Origin: Camelus dromedarius
Lineage: Eukaryota
Direction of reading: 5' to 3'
Assembly (NCBI RefSeq): GCF_036321535.1
Contig: NC_087438.1
Coordinates: 11,038,001 to 11,102,000 of the forward strand
Length of the DNA stretch: 64,000 nt
Shown: in pieces, positions 1-13,086 of the stretch
Position numbering within the stretch: position 1 is the first letter of the stretch
Layout of the letters: each line of letters starts with the position of its first letter
The notes under the pieces: generated by a model
What the model was told of the DNA's origin: nothing
Databases searched by the model: none
What the model saw: the letters and a program-made list of their open reading frames with translations, nothing else
Program-made: the position numbers and the translations under genes

Positions 1-295
1 CAACTTTTAAATAATTTTCCTTCAATTCTCACTAGCAGAAATAAATATCACTAATATCGAAGCTTGTTACTTCTGTTTTAGGACAAATGAGAGAATTTCT
101 CCATAAGTAAAAAGCATACTCTTCCTTTTCTTTTTAATTCAATTAGTAATTTATTGTGATGTGAACATCTCAAATAATTCATGCTCTTTTCCACCTCTTT
201 CTTTGTCCTAATTTGTAAATGCTTGCTTCAGCAAACGTACGTTTGTGATTATGATACTCTCATAAATCTCTTCTTATCCAGTATTTCTTTATATG

Positions 296-550
296 AAAAA
301 GCTTTACTGAGATACAATTTATATAAAATAAACTGAATTACTTAAACTGTACACTTGAGTTTGAAATACAGTCAAGATAACGAACACACCCATCACCCCT
401 GAAAGTTTTCTGATGACCTTCTGCAGTCTCTTCATTGGGCCCCTTCCAACACCTTTAATCTTTTCCCCAGGTAACCACTGATCTGCTTTCTGTCACTATA
501 GATTAGTTTGCACTTACTAGAATTTTATGTAAATGGAATAACAGTGCCTG
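296..550 (-). mobile_element. Old L1M (L1MB/L1MC-like) 3'UTR fragment
   Basis: Typical antisense L1 3'UTR motifs: gctttactgagatacaattt..., ccccaggtaaccactgatctgctttctgtcactatagattagtttg...aaatggaat. Confidence 0.75.
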
Positions 551-1064
551 TACTGTCAATAGAAAATCTTAAAGTACCTCTTAGTCCAGGCTCACAAACC
601 AAAATTTATTGTCTTTCCTTTACATATGCGAGATTCCTAGTGTGTTTTCTGATCTGTTAATAAAACTCTTATTCAAGACCAAAACTCTTCTATTCAAGAT
701 CAAACCCGGAGGTGTCTCACTGTTCTTTTCCCTTTCATCTAGAAATCAGTGTCTGCAATGGCCAGCTCTACCTCTGAAATGTTACTTTCCTATCTCTACG
801 TTTCTGCTACCACTTGCCCTCCCTCCTGCCCTCAGCATTAGTTCCCTGGATTAGGGCAATATTTTCACAATTGTTCTCTTCATCACCAATATTTCTTTCT
901 CTCTACAATCTGTCAGCCGTCTTGCCACCACTTACTGAGGGATTTATTAGATCAAGACAGAAAAAGGAGTTTGTTTCATTTATCTTGGTGTCTTTCCATG
1001 CATCGTGTTGCTTTTGTCGTAGCCTCCATTGCAATTTATAATTTTTCATTCCTTTTATAATTAC

Positions 1065-1205
1065 TTGATCTGTTTCTCTGACTGCATTGCCAGCTTGATG
1101 AAGTCATGAGTCATACCAATTTGTTATATCATTTTCTCTATCCCCCACGTGTACCACAGCATGAGTTACAGGGTAGGTGGTCTAGAAGTGTTTCTTGAAT
1201 AAATG
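1065..1205 (+). mobile_element. L2 3' end fragment
   Basis: Degenerate L2 tail ending ...gtgtttcttgaataaatg. Confidence 0.45.
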
Positions 1206-1470
1206 TATAAGATATAACTTTATAGTCTTATCTTTAGATTTGTTATAGCTTCATGACCTACAGTTTACATTTCATACTTAGAGTGCTTTTAGGAAATTGG
1301 ACTCTGCAGACTTTCCAGTTCAATTCTTTTCACCCTTCCTACATACATGCCTTTTAGCCTATGTGGTTTCCCAAATGTACCTATTTTGCTGCTGCCATTT
1401 TTCTAGGATACCTTTCCTTCCTCTCTGGCAAATATCTGCTTTTTTAAAAAAACAGTCTCCAGTAGTTCCT

Positions 1471-2333
1471 TTCTGTTGAGGTGTAGTTGATTTACAATGT
1501 TGTGTTAGTTTCTGATATATTGTAAATAAGTTCATTTGTGTCATTCTTTTTCTAGATTCCATATTTAAGTGATATCATAAGGTATTTTTCTTTCTCTTTC
1601 TGGCTTACTTTGCTTAGAATGACAGTGTCTAGGTCCATCCATGTTGCTGCAAATGCATTATTTTATTCTTTTTTATGGTTGAGTAGTATTCCATTGTATA
1701 AATATACCACAACTTCTTTATCCAGTCATCTGTCACTGGACATTTAGGCTGTTTCCATGTCTTGGCTATTGTAAATAGTGCTGCTATGAACATTGGGGTG
1801 CATGTATCTTTTTGAATTAGAAGTTTCTCCAAATATATGCCCAGGAGTGAGATTGCTGGATCATATGTTCAGTCTATTTTTAGCTTTTTAAGAAATCTCC
1901 ATACTGTTTTCCATAATGGCTGTGCCAAACTACATTCCCACCAACAATGTAGGAGGGTCCCCTTTGCTCCACACCCTCTCCAGCATTTATCATTTGTGGA
2001 CTTTTTAATAATGGCTATTCTGACTGCTGTGAGGTGATATCTCATTCTAATTTTAATTTGTATTTCTCTGCTAATTAGCAGTATTGAGCATTTTTCATGT
2101 GCTTTTTGGCCATCTGTATGTCTTCAATGGAGAAATGTCTATTTAGGTCTTCCACCCATTTTTTTGGGTAGTTTTGTTGTTGTTGCTGTTGTTACTGAGT
2201 TGTATAAACTGCTTGTATATTCTGGAAATTAATCTCTTGTCAATCACATTGTTTGCAAGTATTTTCTTCCATCTCATAGGTTGTCTTTTTATTTTGTTTA
2301 TAGTTTCCTTTGCTGTACAAAAGCTTATAAGTT
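1471..2333 (-). mobile_element. Young cetartiodactyl-type L1, 3' end (ORF2 C-terminus + 3'UTR)
   Basis: Minus-strand ORF 1629-1832 reads KDTCTPMFIAALFTIAKTWKQPKCP...WIKKLWYIYTMEYY, the canonical L1 ORF2 C-terminus; 3'UTR resembles the copy at 58734-59103. Confidence 0.95.
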
Positions 2334-2607
2334 AATCTTCAATAAAGGAGGCAAGAATATACAATGGAGAAAGGACAGGCTCTACTGCAAGTGGTGTTCA
2401 GAAAGCTGAACATTCAAATCAATGAAGTTAAAACACTCTCTCACACCATACACAAAAATAAACTCCAAATGGCTTAAAGAACTTAAACGTAAGACAAGAC
2501 ACCATAAACCTCTTAGAAGAGAACATAAGAAAAACATTCTCTGATGTAAATTGTAGCAGTGTTCTCTTAGGTCATTATACCAATAGAAATAAAAGCAAAA
2601 GTAAACA
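2332..2607 (+). mobile_element. Inverted 5' segment of the same L1 (ORF2, sense orientation)
   Basis: aaaggaggcaagaatatacaatggaga...cacaccatacacaaaaataaactccaaatggcttaaaga...gaaataaaagcaaaagtaaaca is ORF2 sequence lying just upstream, in L1 coordinates, of the start of the minus-strand part. Confidence 0.85.
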
Positions 2608-2856
2608 TTGTAGATTTTACATGCTTATTTGCTCTTGCTAAATTATGAGACATTTGAAAATAGTCATTGTGTTTTATCTTTGTTTACACAGTAGCTGACA
2701 TAATGCATGAAATAATCATTGCTTGATGAATGCTTACAACCTGAAATGGTCTTACCCGTTCCTTCTTTCCCCATTCATCACCTGTTGTGGACTTTCCCAG
2801 GGTTGATTTTCACCTTTGTTTTTCTGTCTCTTTGTAGTAGAGAATAACCTTTGTTT

Positions 2857-3147
2857 TGTTGGAAGTGTACAGGGACACCATGACCTGGCCTACGTGGACG
2901 GCTGCAAGAACAAAGAATGCCAGCAGCAAGAGCTTTGCAGCAACCAACCACATCCCCTCCCTTGTTTTTTCACATAAAATGAGCCTGTATTCTGACTAGA
3001 AGCAGGATAGTTCTCCAAGATATTAGTCTGCTATGCTCTCAGTCTGCTGGCTTCCTGAACAAAGTTGCTATTCCTTGCTCCAACACCTTGTCTCCTGATT
3101 TATTGGCCTGTCTTGCAGCGAGCAGAACAAGTTTGGACTCAGCAACA
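2857..3147 (+). mobile_element. ERV1-type solo LTR (~290 bp)
   Basis: TG...CA termini; U5-like end ...tttattggcctgtcttgcagcgagcagaacaagtttggactcagcaaca. Confidence 0.7.
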
Positions 3148-4759
3148 TCTTTTTCTCTCAACTTCAGCTGTGACCTCTGTGTTTGCTAGTCACATCTCTA
3201 TCACGTGACCTTACATGTCTTACACATTTTCCTCCACTCCAGAGCAAGCTTCTCCCCAGCTGCCATATGGGATCACTGGCACCAGCAAATTTTCAGTTCT
3301 TTGAAGGCAACAACCTAGGGCCACTTCTTCCCTTTTGCGCTCTTTCCTCACATTTCCTCCTCAAGATTAGACGATGTCACGAACTCTGTTCTCATTTCTA
3401 TTACGCTAGCCCAGGCAGCCATCTTTGAACAACCTGAACAGGAGCTTCTGGACTCTTCTCTGTGTCCCTCTTCCCATCCACCTGGAACTAAAACTTTCCC
3501 AACAGGTCTCTTGGAAACACCAGCCTCATCAAAGGCTCTCTCCTGCCACACTCCTTCAGATCAGAAAATGCCAAAGGCAACTGGTTGCCTCCTGGTTATC
3601 TCCAAGTGCCTTGGGGTAGCATTCAACAGTTCTGTAGACTCTGCCTCCACTCTATCTGGACAATCTCAACCTCCACCTTATCCAGAAATTCAGACAGGCC
3701 CAACTCCTCTCTGATTCCTGAGCTCTCTGTGACCACCCTGGGCTCAAACACAGGCTTTTCCCAAGGATTTGAGGCAGTGTCTTCTTGGAATGCTTGTGAG
3801 TTTTCTTTAAACACTGAAATATTAATAGATTACTTTAGGAGAAAGATATAGATCTGTAGTTAGAAGATTTGGGGAAATATTTGATCAAATAAAATTAAAT
3901 AGTTTTTAATGATAGTGAGGTTCTCAGAAATTTCATTATATTTATGTGCATGGTGCCTCCCCACAGAGGAAATTTAGTATACATCATTCTCCAAATTTTC
4001 TTATACGTAGAAACTCTTTAAAGAACACATTGGTGAGCTTAAAATCCTTAAAACACACCTAGGAAACTGCTGCTCCTGTGTATATGGGTTCCAGGTTTTC
4101 CTTTTTGTGGCTCGTGTTACCTCGATGGCTAATTTGTGTGCTTATTCAAACATTTTTTTTTCCTTTCGCATCTTTTTGATCACCTAGCTCAATGCTGTTA
4201 TAGAGAAAGTGTAAAATAAATGTTTGTTAAATGAATGAATAAACTTTGCATTTCACTGATGAAAAAATTTGGGAAAATTTGAGCCTGGACCAAAGTCTTG
4301 TGATTCCTACTTGAGTAGATCAAGTCATTTCCTAGCTAACTGGTTACCCAGAATTAAAGTTTCTACTGCCGAATCCCAAGTCTGTGAGCTCTCTGCAATT
4401 TAGCTACTCATTTATCTTAAAATACCATAGAAGGACCCATTCATATAACAGTCAGAGGAAGATTATTTAGACAAAGCTTTCGTTTTTCTCGGAAAATTTG
4501 AGCAATTCCCACCAAGACAGTCTTATTATAGCCTCCAATTTACTTGAAATTACAGACCATCACAGGAATATGGAACTATAAGTTGGTATATGTGCAAAGC
4601 GATAGAAATAAGAAAGGAGGTGCTAAGGTTTTCCTTTTTTTTATAACTTAAGAAAATCTATTTCATCCTTCTAATTTAGTTGTTACTGTCATGTTCCATA
4701 ACTTGCAAATACATAAGTAAATTAATGGCATTATATGCTGACTCTTCTCTTGGTCAAGT

Positions 4760-5090
4760 AATATTTATTCAATCAATAAACAGCTATTTATTGAGGAATG
4801 ATGACCTCCCAGACTCTGTGGTAAGTGATGTGGTTACTGCCATGAACAAGCTAAAGGCACCATTGAATGTATAATCATGGTAATGATAGACGCTAACAAG
4901 CAAAAGCACAGGCCTCCAAGTGCGCATGTGACAGCAAGACCCTAACCTAGTCTTGGGGCGACGGAGCGCTTCCTCAAGAAAGGTCCACTTAGAACAAAAC
5001 TTGAGGCGCAAGTTAAGACTCAGCCAGAGAAAAATAGGAGAAGGCCTTGCTGTGGGAAGGGTCGTGGAAAGTTTCAGAAACCAAAATATA
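4760..5090 (-). mobile_element. L2 fragment
   Basis: Antisense L2 tail attcaatcaataaacagctatttattgag...catgaacaag followed by L2-like purine-rich sequence. Confidence 0.55.
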
Positions 5091-7542
5091 GTTCAAGAAT
5101 GTCAAGGGAAAAAGAGATAACAAAAGCTAGCTTATAGGCCCACAAATGATGTCCATAACACATCTCACCCTTTCCCCACCTTTATTTTCTCCTTACTTGC
5201 CCAGAGTAAAAGTTTATATTTTCTTTTAAGCTTCTTTAGGAAGGGTTTTATTGAAAAGCACTGCTGGTAAACAGAGTAAATGATTCTGAAGCCCACTGAC
5301 AACTTTTTAGAAAGCTTGGAATTATAAAATGAAGCTTCTGAACTTGTGACATTACAAACATTGCCTTGGTATTAGAGCATGATTGTCAAGGCAGCTTGGA
5401 TGGCTGGCTTAGGGCCAGTGTGAATGATTCCAGTCTGGCCGTAACTGCAGCGAGATGAGGTAGTGATCGTTTTCCGCACTGTTGAAATAGTGCCTGCCCT
5501 TCACCCCAGAGGGGACGCTTACGGATGCTGGGTGACGTCCAGAAGACCCAGGCATTGCGGTCCTGTGGGATTCACCTCAGGGTTAAAGAGTGTCATCTAA
5601 AAGAAAATGCAGAAATGTTCAAACTAAATGAAACCTAATTTGAAGCTTCTGATAGATATTTTGGGAAATTCAGTTTTAGAGGTGATGTTTTTAAAAGATT
5701 GTCTTAAAAGTATTACCAATGACTTGAGTATCTTTAAAAATAATAATGATAGAGAAATTAATCAAAGACCTAAACATTTACTTGTTTTCATTAACTCATC
5801 ATCATAGAAAATGTAAAGAAAGAAAAAAAAAGGTGGACAAGAGAGTGTTTTGTGTCAAAAAGTCCCTGGAAGGGGAGCGAGGATGCCACATTCCCACCTT
5901 CCTTTTCCTCTTTCTCTCTTTCCACCTTTTTATCTACACTGCCTCATGTCAGAAGTTATTCATGATGGCTTATAAAGTCACATTTGGCAAGGAACTTAAT
6001 GAAGAAATTGGAGAAATGGGAAAAGAGGGAAGAAGAAAAAATAAATAAAAGCAGGGACCACATTAACACCTTCCCCCATCACACTTCTATACTTGGCTCC
6101 ACATTGCCTGGCCCCCAGTACAACAGCCTTAGGACAGAAATGAACCAAATGCTGGTTGGTGAGTCAGGGATCAGAGACATTTCTCTGCTGGGTGGTTGGT
6201 GGGCATGATGGTGAAAGGGAGCTCCTGGGGAATACAGGCAAGAGATGGTGAAATGCTCAACAGCATTGCTACCATAGATGCAACCACAAATGTCGCCGAT
6301 CTGTTTTGAGTCATAGTTACTGAAGTCAGCAATGGTCTGATGCCGGAGTGCAGCTCAGTGGGCCAGAGGGGCCTGCTCCAGGCCTGTAAGCTTTTGATGG
6401 TCATCACAGTCAAAAGACCAAATGTAGTCCTTTTTTTTTTTTTTTAGCATTTCAGGGGATAGACGGGGTGGATGCATGACCTCCCCACTGCCTTTACAAA
6501 GACTGAAAAACAATCAGGAAAAGGAAGCCTGTAGAGATAATTAAGACTTACATGTGAAAGAAAATGCAAATTGAAACAACGGAAGCAAAACCATAAGAAG
6601 AAGCTATTACACTTTGAGGAGGATATTGTCTTGTGATTCAAACAAAGAAGAAAGGAAGAAAAATAATAAACCAGAAGGAAGTCAGTGATCTGGATCCTCC
6701 ATAGAGGGGTGCCTCTGCACAGCCATGCCACCGGCAGCCAAGAGCGACACAGACAGAGGGGTTACAGGGCACACTTTCTTGTGATCTGTCAGGTGAACAA
6801 GTGCCTTCTAGGGTCCTCCCACAGAGGTGATCCCACCTTGATCAAAGAGATGACTGTGCAGTCAGTGCCTCGCCTGCAGAAATGAGTAGACTGGTCTTTT
6901 AGTCCTGCCCATGCTCAACAGCTTCCAGGTCTCAGTAAACGAACTGCCGTGCAAGATGCTAAGCTCTGTGCTCGGGTGATGGGCAAAGTGCTAGGGGAGC
7001 ACCGAGAAGGACTTATTAATGGCCAATTTCTGTGTTAGTTCAGTGGTTTCGGAAAATATTAGGTGCTAACATTTCTTAGACAATAAAATAGATACAGGTT
7101 TGTCTTCGAGTTTAACAAATCATAAACATCTTATAATGTTTCCATTTTCTTTGTAATTTGGAAAATAATAATTTGCTCTCACAGGCAGTGTTAAGGTCTT
7201 GGAATTTTCATAGATGCCTTGCAGAGTGTCACCGTGGACAGATAAGATCTTCACCAGAAAGGTACGATAGCAACCATGTGGATGGAAAATGAGAAATAAG
7301 AGTAATGTAAGAATTTATATTTTTACAAAATGCCAGAAAACATGATAGTTTGTTAAAGAGTTGTTAAAATATCAGACAGATTGCCACCAACAGCCTACAT
7401 CAATGCAGCCCACCCGTGGAGCTGGTGCAGAGCGGTGTGAGGACCTGCGCTCACCAAGGTTTCTACCTCACTATGGATTATTTTGGTCCAGGAAGTAGTG
7501 CCCAAAACTGCCATCTGACAGAGGCCCAGCATCATTGGAGAC

Positions 7543-7881
7543 TGTCATGAATGTATCCTCCCAATTTATATGTTGAAACCTAATTCCCAACGTGATGGTT
7601 CAAGGAGGTAGGAATTGGGTGATTATATTATGAGGGCAAAGCCCTCATGGATGGGATCCATGCCCTTATAGAAGACCCCAGAGAGCCCCCTCGCCCCTTC
7701 TGTCAAGCAAGGACACAGAGAGAACATTACTAACTGTGAACTAGGAAGTGGGTCCCCACCAGATACCTATTCTTGATCTTGGACTTTGCAGTCTCCCTGA
7801 CAGTGAAAAATTGACTTCTGTGGTTTATAATCCACCCAGTCCACAGTATTTTTGTTATAGTAGCCCCAAAATACGAAGACA
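7543..7881 (+). mobile_element. MaLR LTR, MLT1A-like
   Basis: tatgttgaaacctaattcccaacgtgatggt...gccctcatggatgggat...aggacacagagagaa...tcttggacttt...tttgttatagtagcccc...agaca. Confidence 0.85.
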
Positions 7882-8193
7882 CACAGTAAGAATTATACTT
7901 GCGTCCTATGTTACCACTCGTTTTCAATAAGATATTCCAGTATTTGTATTAAGCTGTAATTAGAATGTCGAAGAGCTAAATTTTCATCACGGCATACAGC
8001 CCTTATGAAAACCAGGAGACTGGAATTGCAATATCATATTGTTTGCAATAAGTTGTTTTAAACCCGTTGTTTTTTAAAAGAAAATGCCACACTTTTTAAA
8101 TAGGAAAAGAGAGCAATGTGACCAAAAACCTATAGCAATAAGGTCAGACTAACACACTTACTATCAATGAATTAGGACCATTTGTGTTCCAAG

Positions 8194-8299
8194 TTTTTTT
8201 TTTTAAACTGAAGTACACTCAGTTGCAACGTGTCCAACTCTGGTGTTCAGCACAATGTCCCAGTCATGCACATACACAGATACATTCGTTTTCACATTC
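8194..8299 (-). mobile_element. Very short (~105 bp) young L1 3' tail with TSD
   Basis: Poly-T then aaactgaagtacactcagttgcaacgtgtc...ttttcacattc; TSD tttgtgttcc at 8181-8190 and 8300-8309. Confidence 0.85.
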
Positions 8300-8899
8300 T
8301 TTGTGTTCCCAATTATTTAGCACCTTGTACACAGGCTTCTCTTGGCTTTTCCTGGAGGAAATGTCTCTGTTAGGATCAGGTCATGCTTGTTAAGTTACAG
8401 CACAAAGCTCAACCACATGCATACGAACACATATGTTCCAAAAGCTGATTGCTGATTTTCCTATACGCTGAAACATGAGCAGGAATTGCAGTCATAAGAA
8501 GTGAGAAAATGTTAGAACAGATATTTCCTGCTATTTAAAAAACAAGTCTCAGGTATTATTAAGTATATCATATAAATAAGATTAATAATATAATAAATAC
8601 ATTAACACAGCTATTAGCTTTTCAACTGTGATATGTATGTAATCACATATAACCCTCCTTGACGTAGCCCCCAGACATTCCAATTGTGGATTGAAAAGCA
8701 TAACGATTTGGGGGTACATAGATAAAAGCATCCAAAGATGCAGTAAAATTTTTTTACACAAATTCCACCCTTGCTACTAATGAGAAACTGATATCATATG
8801 TATACTTTGAGCACCAGTGTATATAGTTTTCTCTGTGCATGAACCCATCTCAAAAAAATATGGAAAATCAATGACTTGAACTGAATTTGATATTCCTAC

Positions 8900-8930
8900 A
8901 AAAAAAAGAGAGAGAGAGAGAGAGAGAAAG
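8900..8930. repeat. (A)n(GA)n microsatellite
   Basis: aaaaaaaagagagagagagagagagagaaag. Confidence 0.9.
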
Positions 8931-9230
8931 AAAGAACAAGAGGATCACTTGGAAAGTGTTATCACGCACAGGCTATGGCAACATCTGGTCAACTTACTGA
9001 AACAACCACTGAATAAGACAGTTTATCAGACACTTGAAATGCGAAACGTAGCAGGGAGAAGTGTGGACCTACTGAGCCAGTAACTTTGAATTGGTGTCAA
9101 AATGAGAGGAAAAATAAATAAGCACTCAACATTCTCATACAGAAGTCTTACCGTCCAAAATAAAGTAAAATAATACAAAAGAATAAATAATTATTATAAC
9201 ATCTAATGAAAGCAAATTTTCCTTATTAAT

Positions 9231-9449
9231 CAGTGGTAGACAAATTTTTTTTCTGTGAAACCCATTCACCTTCCCAGCTGTGCAGTCTTTGTCACACTAC
9301 AATTCTGCCATTGTACCACAAAAGCAGTCAGAGACAATACTGAAACAAATGGCACGACGCTGTTCCAAACAATGGTTGGTTTTTTTCTTTTTTTGCAAAA
9401 ACTGGCAGCAGACTGGATTTGTCTAAGGACCACAGTTTGCCAACTTATG
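9231..9449 (+). mobile_element. hAT-Charlie MITE, MER58A-like
   Basis: cagtggtagacaaattttt...ctgccattgtaccacaaaagcagtcagagacaatac...gactggatttgtctaaggaccacagtttgccaac. Confidence 0.8.
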
Positions 9450-9629
9450 TTTTAGGTTATAAGAAGACTTAATTCTTGGCAAAAATAGGTCAAGAGTATA
9501 GATAACACAACAAATATTTACCTGCAGTGAACCCACCAAATTTCATAGCTACTGGTACCATTGGCAGAACCTCAAACTTCTTGAAATAATAGCAACGTAA
9601 AATTTTAGCACCTAAATGTCAATGGCAGT

Positions 9630-9844
9630 CTGTGCTGTATAATATGGTAGCCAGTAGCCACACATGACTGTTTATATTTAAATATAAACTAATTAAAATT
9701 AAGTAAAATTTAACATTGAGTTTCTCTGTCCCATCAGCCACATTTCAAGTGTTCAACAGATATATGTGTATTATAGCTGCCATATTGGACAGCACAGAAG
9801 ACAGAATATTTCCATCATGATGGGAGTTTTATTGGGTAACGCTG
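9630..9844 (-). mobile_element. hAT-Charlie MITE, MER3-like
   Basis: ctgtgctgtataatatggtagccagtagccacac...agccacatttcaagtgttcaa...catattggacagcacag...tattgggtaacgctg. Confidence 0.85.
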
Positions 9845-10899
9845 GTCTAGATTATACAGATTAGACATACAAAGAAACTGAAGCTTAGCAGTGGAGTGTC
9901 TTGCTATAAACCACGGGGCAGTTCAGTGGGGACACCAGAAGGGCATCTGAGTTCTTCTGCCTCCTAGTGTCTCATGCATAATAGGAGACAATCAGTCAAC
10001 AAAGAACAGCACTCTGAAAATGCGATGTGTAGCGACCCCAGACAGAAGTAACATCAGTTAAAGACACTTATTTAAAGATGCTCTGGACCCGAGGCACCAG
10101 ACTCTTGGTGGAGGCCATATGAATATAAATGTTTCTCTATAAAAACGTCTAGGAAAGTTCCTTGACATGGGACCTTAGAGACAACAGAAAGATGAAGATA
10201 ATCTCTTATTTAGTGAGTTTATATATAAAGTGGGGTTTGTCTAATACTAATGTCAAATACTTCCCTTCGAAGGAACAGAGAAACTTCCATCTAAGGGCGG
10301 ATAAAACGGGCTTGTTTCTGACCTGCTTCAAAAGGAATGATATTTGCCTGTATTATTTAGATTCTGTGGGTCCCTTCTCTCTGCCCCAAGCTGTTTGTGC
10401 TTACGTCATCCTGGAGTCTTTTTCTTGCCTAGTTGTCCTTATTCCCAGTCTCTGCGTGTACAGTTACTGAAAAAGCACTGCTAAGATGACATCTGTAGCC
10501 TCTAGATGCATTATCACTTCACTGTATACCCAGAAATTCCTTCTAGTACCTTCTTTTTTGGATAGTTCTGCATTTTCAGCCTCAGTAATCTGAGTTTTCC
10601 ATTACTGACTTTTATATTCTGTTTTCACACCGAAACTGGGGAGCTCCATCAATCTCTGTTCATTTCAGTAGAAAGTCACTTTCAAACTAGGTTGGAGCCA
10701 AATGGTGGACCATCTGGAACATGGCACTTTCTAGGGAGCTCTGTCTGCACATGCTGGGCATGTTGCTGTTTAACAACTGCCCAGTGAGTTTTAGCACACT
10801 CTCCCTGAACAGCTTTCCCTGCTGTCTTCATCCCAACTATTTTTTAAATAGTGCTTGACTTGCCATAAGACACTAGACTGTGTGCTTACTACTAAATGA

Positions 10900-11316
10900 G
10901 GTCTTTGGTCGGGTTCCCTGGAAAAGACATTGAGGCTGATCAATGCAGGAGTCTGATCAGGGCTTGTGGCAGGGGCAACACTCATCAGGAAGTGAAGGAG
11001 GGAGCATGGGACAGAGGGAGACATTGAACTGAGATGCAGAAGAGGCCCCACTGATCCACGAGGAGCTCCACAAGAACAGGGATGGTCCTTCAGTTATCCC
11101 AAAGTGAGGCAAAGGAGACAGCCTTTGTCTAGCTATCGGATTAGGTTCCCCCAGGAAGGAGGCATCAATGTGAGTGGGGTAGTCCCATTGGTCAAGGGCA
11201 ATTCCTGGAGAAGGAAGGAGCAGCCAGCATAGTTGCCAGGACTCCCAGCAGCTGTGGGGACAGAGTGTGCCAGTCCTGGAGGGGCATCAGGGCAGTGACT
11301 CATAGCAGCCACTACA
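10900..11316 (-). mobile_element. ERVL LTR, LTR16-like
   Basis: Reverse strand starts tgtagtggctgctatg...; contains gggttccctggaaaagac, ggcaattcctggagaagg and ctcccagcagctg. Confidence 0.7.
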
Positions 11317-11432
11317 GTGAGGTGACATAACAAGAGGTACTGGCACAAAGTAGATGTTCAATAAATGTGTATTTAAAAAATTCTACCTTAACTCATTTTG
11401 AAAGAATTTTGTTTTGTTTTGAGCTTATAAGT

Positions 11433-11556
11433 GGGGAGGATGTAGCTCAAGTGGTCGAGTACATGCCTACAATGCACAAGGTCCTGCATTCAATCCCCAG
11501 AATCTCCATTAAAAATAAATAAATAAACCTAATTACTTCCCCTCCAAACTAACCAA
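11433..11556 (+). mobile_element. tRNA-derived camelid SINE (Vic-1 type)
   Basis: ggggaggatgtagctcaagtggtcgag (A box)...gcattcaatccccag (B box)...aaataaataaacctaattacttcccc tail. Confidence 0.85.
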
Positions 11557-11708
11557 GGACGTTTTGGGCTCGTATCAATTCATGGAATGTTAGATTGTAA
11601 AGACACCTTACAGTTTATTCAAACCTACCCAAGACAAGAACACTTTCACAAATCAGCACGCGGCACCTCACATGAAGCTCGTGGTGAAAAGCGAACATCT
11701 GCTAGGGG

Positions 11709-11975
11709 CTCTGGACTGAATATTTGTGTCCTCCCCAAATTATGTTGAAACCTAACCCCCACTGTGATGAAACGTGGAAGTGAAGCCCTTTGGGAGGTGA
11801 TTAGGTCTCTGCCCTCATGAATGAGATTTGTGCACATATGAAAAAGACCCCAGGGAGTTCCCTTGCCCTTTCTGCCATGTGAGGACACAGTGAGAGGACT
11901 ATTAGCCAGGAAACTGGCCACCAACCAGACGCCAATTCTGGCTGCACCTTGACCTTGGACTTCCCAGCATTCCAG
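11709..11975 (+). mobile_element. MaLR LTR, MLT1A-like, 3' truncated
   Basis: ggactgaatatttgtgtcctccccaaattatgttgaaacctaacccc...gccatgtgaggacacagtgag...gaccttggacttcccagc. Confidence 0.85.
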
Positions 11976-12792
11976 GCATATCAGCCTACTTTTTGGTACT
12001 AAATCAGGACACAATATAGCAAATAGAAGTGGCCAAAGATACCCAAAGAAATAGGAAGACTCTATCCAGATATAGAAATTATGTCTACATTCTTGTTCTG
12101 ATTTAAAAAGAATTCATACTAAGTATTTTAAGTAGATTACTGAGTTTATTTAACTGATAAAAATGGACCTATTTGCTGGTCAAGATTCTGTTTGAATGAA
12201 TTAACCAAATGATTTTTGTATAATTTGTTTGGTTGATCCAAAAATAGACAAAGAAATGAATTTTTATAATCTGCCAACATGTGAATATAGGGACCTTTAT
12301 TATATCCTTAAAACTACCCTGCACTTGTGGAAGATTCTGAAGATACTGGGGGTCACCACTCTCTGCAGAAGTGTTGGGGAGTCAAAACTCACGCAGAGGG
12401 AGTAAGACACAGTGTAAGACCGAATGAAAGCACTATCACAGCAGGGCTAACTTTAGGGTCTTGTTTGTTGAACAGGCACCCTGGGGGTGCCCCTCCTCAG
12501 GGGTATGATTTTTCCGGGGCCCATCTTAGAAGACTGGTGCTTCCCCCAGAGATAATTCCACTTCTCAACCCATTTCTAGAACTTCTTTATGGAAAGTGCC
12601 TTTAAAACTTGTTTCACATTATTTTCCTGTGTTCATTATTTGTCTTTGAGTTTCATTTTGGGAATAGCCAAAGTAATAAATAAAGTCAAACTTAGAAATA
12701 ATTCTCTGGATCCAAACTAAGTTATAATTAATGATTTTTTTCTTCTGGAATAGCTAATAGACTAGCTCACTCATTCACTTATACAATTTTAT

Positions 12793-13086
12793 CTTATTTA
12801 AACTGAGATATAATTGATATGTAACACTGTGTAAATTGAAGTTGTACCATGTATTGATTTGACACATTTATGTATTACAATATGATTACTGGAATAGCAT
12901 AGTTTACACCTCAATCATGTCATGTAATGATAGTTTCTTTTTTGTGGTGAGAATATTTGAGATTTACTCTCTTACTAACTTTGAAGTATATTATACAATG
13001 TTGTTGACTATAGTCATTATGCTATGCATTTGATCTCCAGAACTTATTCATCTTCTGGTTGGAAGTTTGTGCCCTTTGATCAACAT
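12793..13086 (-). mobile_element. L1MA (L1MA9-like) 3'UTR fragment
   Basis: gagatataattgatatgtaacactgtgtaa...tttgtggtgagaatattt...tctccagaacttattcatctt...gtttgtgccctttgatcaacat. Confidence 0.85.

Noticed and set aside
662..704. Short tandem duplications (aaaactctt..attcaaga x2; also tccaagaatcc at ~51035)
   Set aside because: Ordinary slippage-type duplications with no further structure.
5456..5480. let-7-like TGAGGTAGT
   Set aside because: Only 9 nt match; the rest differs from let-7 and no precursor hairpin is evident.
6050..6445. Possible processed pseudogene next to a T15 tract
   Set aside because: No frame gives a protein I recognise, the T-tract is on the wrong side to be its poly(A) tail, and there is no TSD; a BLASTx would settle it.
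11433..11510. tRNA gene (also 28805 and 37000-37078)
   Set aside because: The A/B boxes belong to tRNA-derived SINE heads with SINE tails and TSDs; there is no intact cloverleaf.
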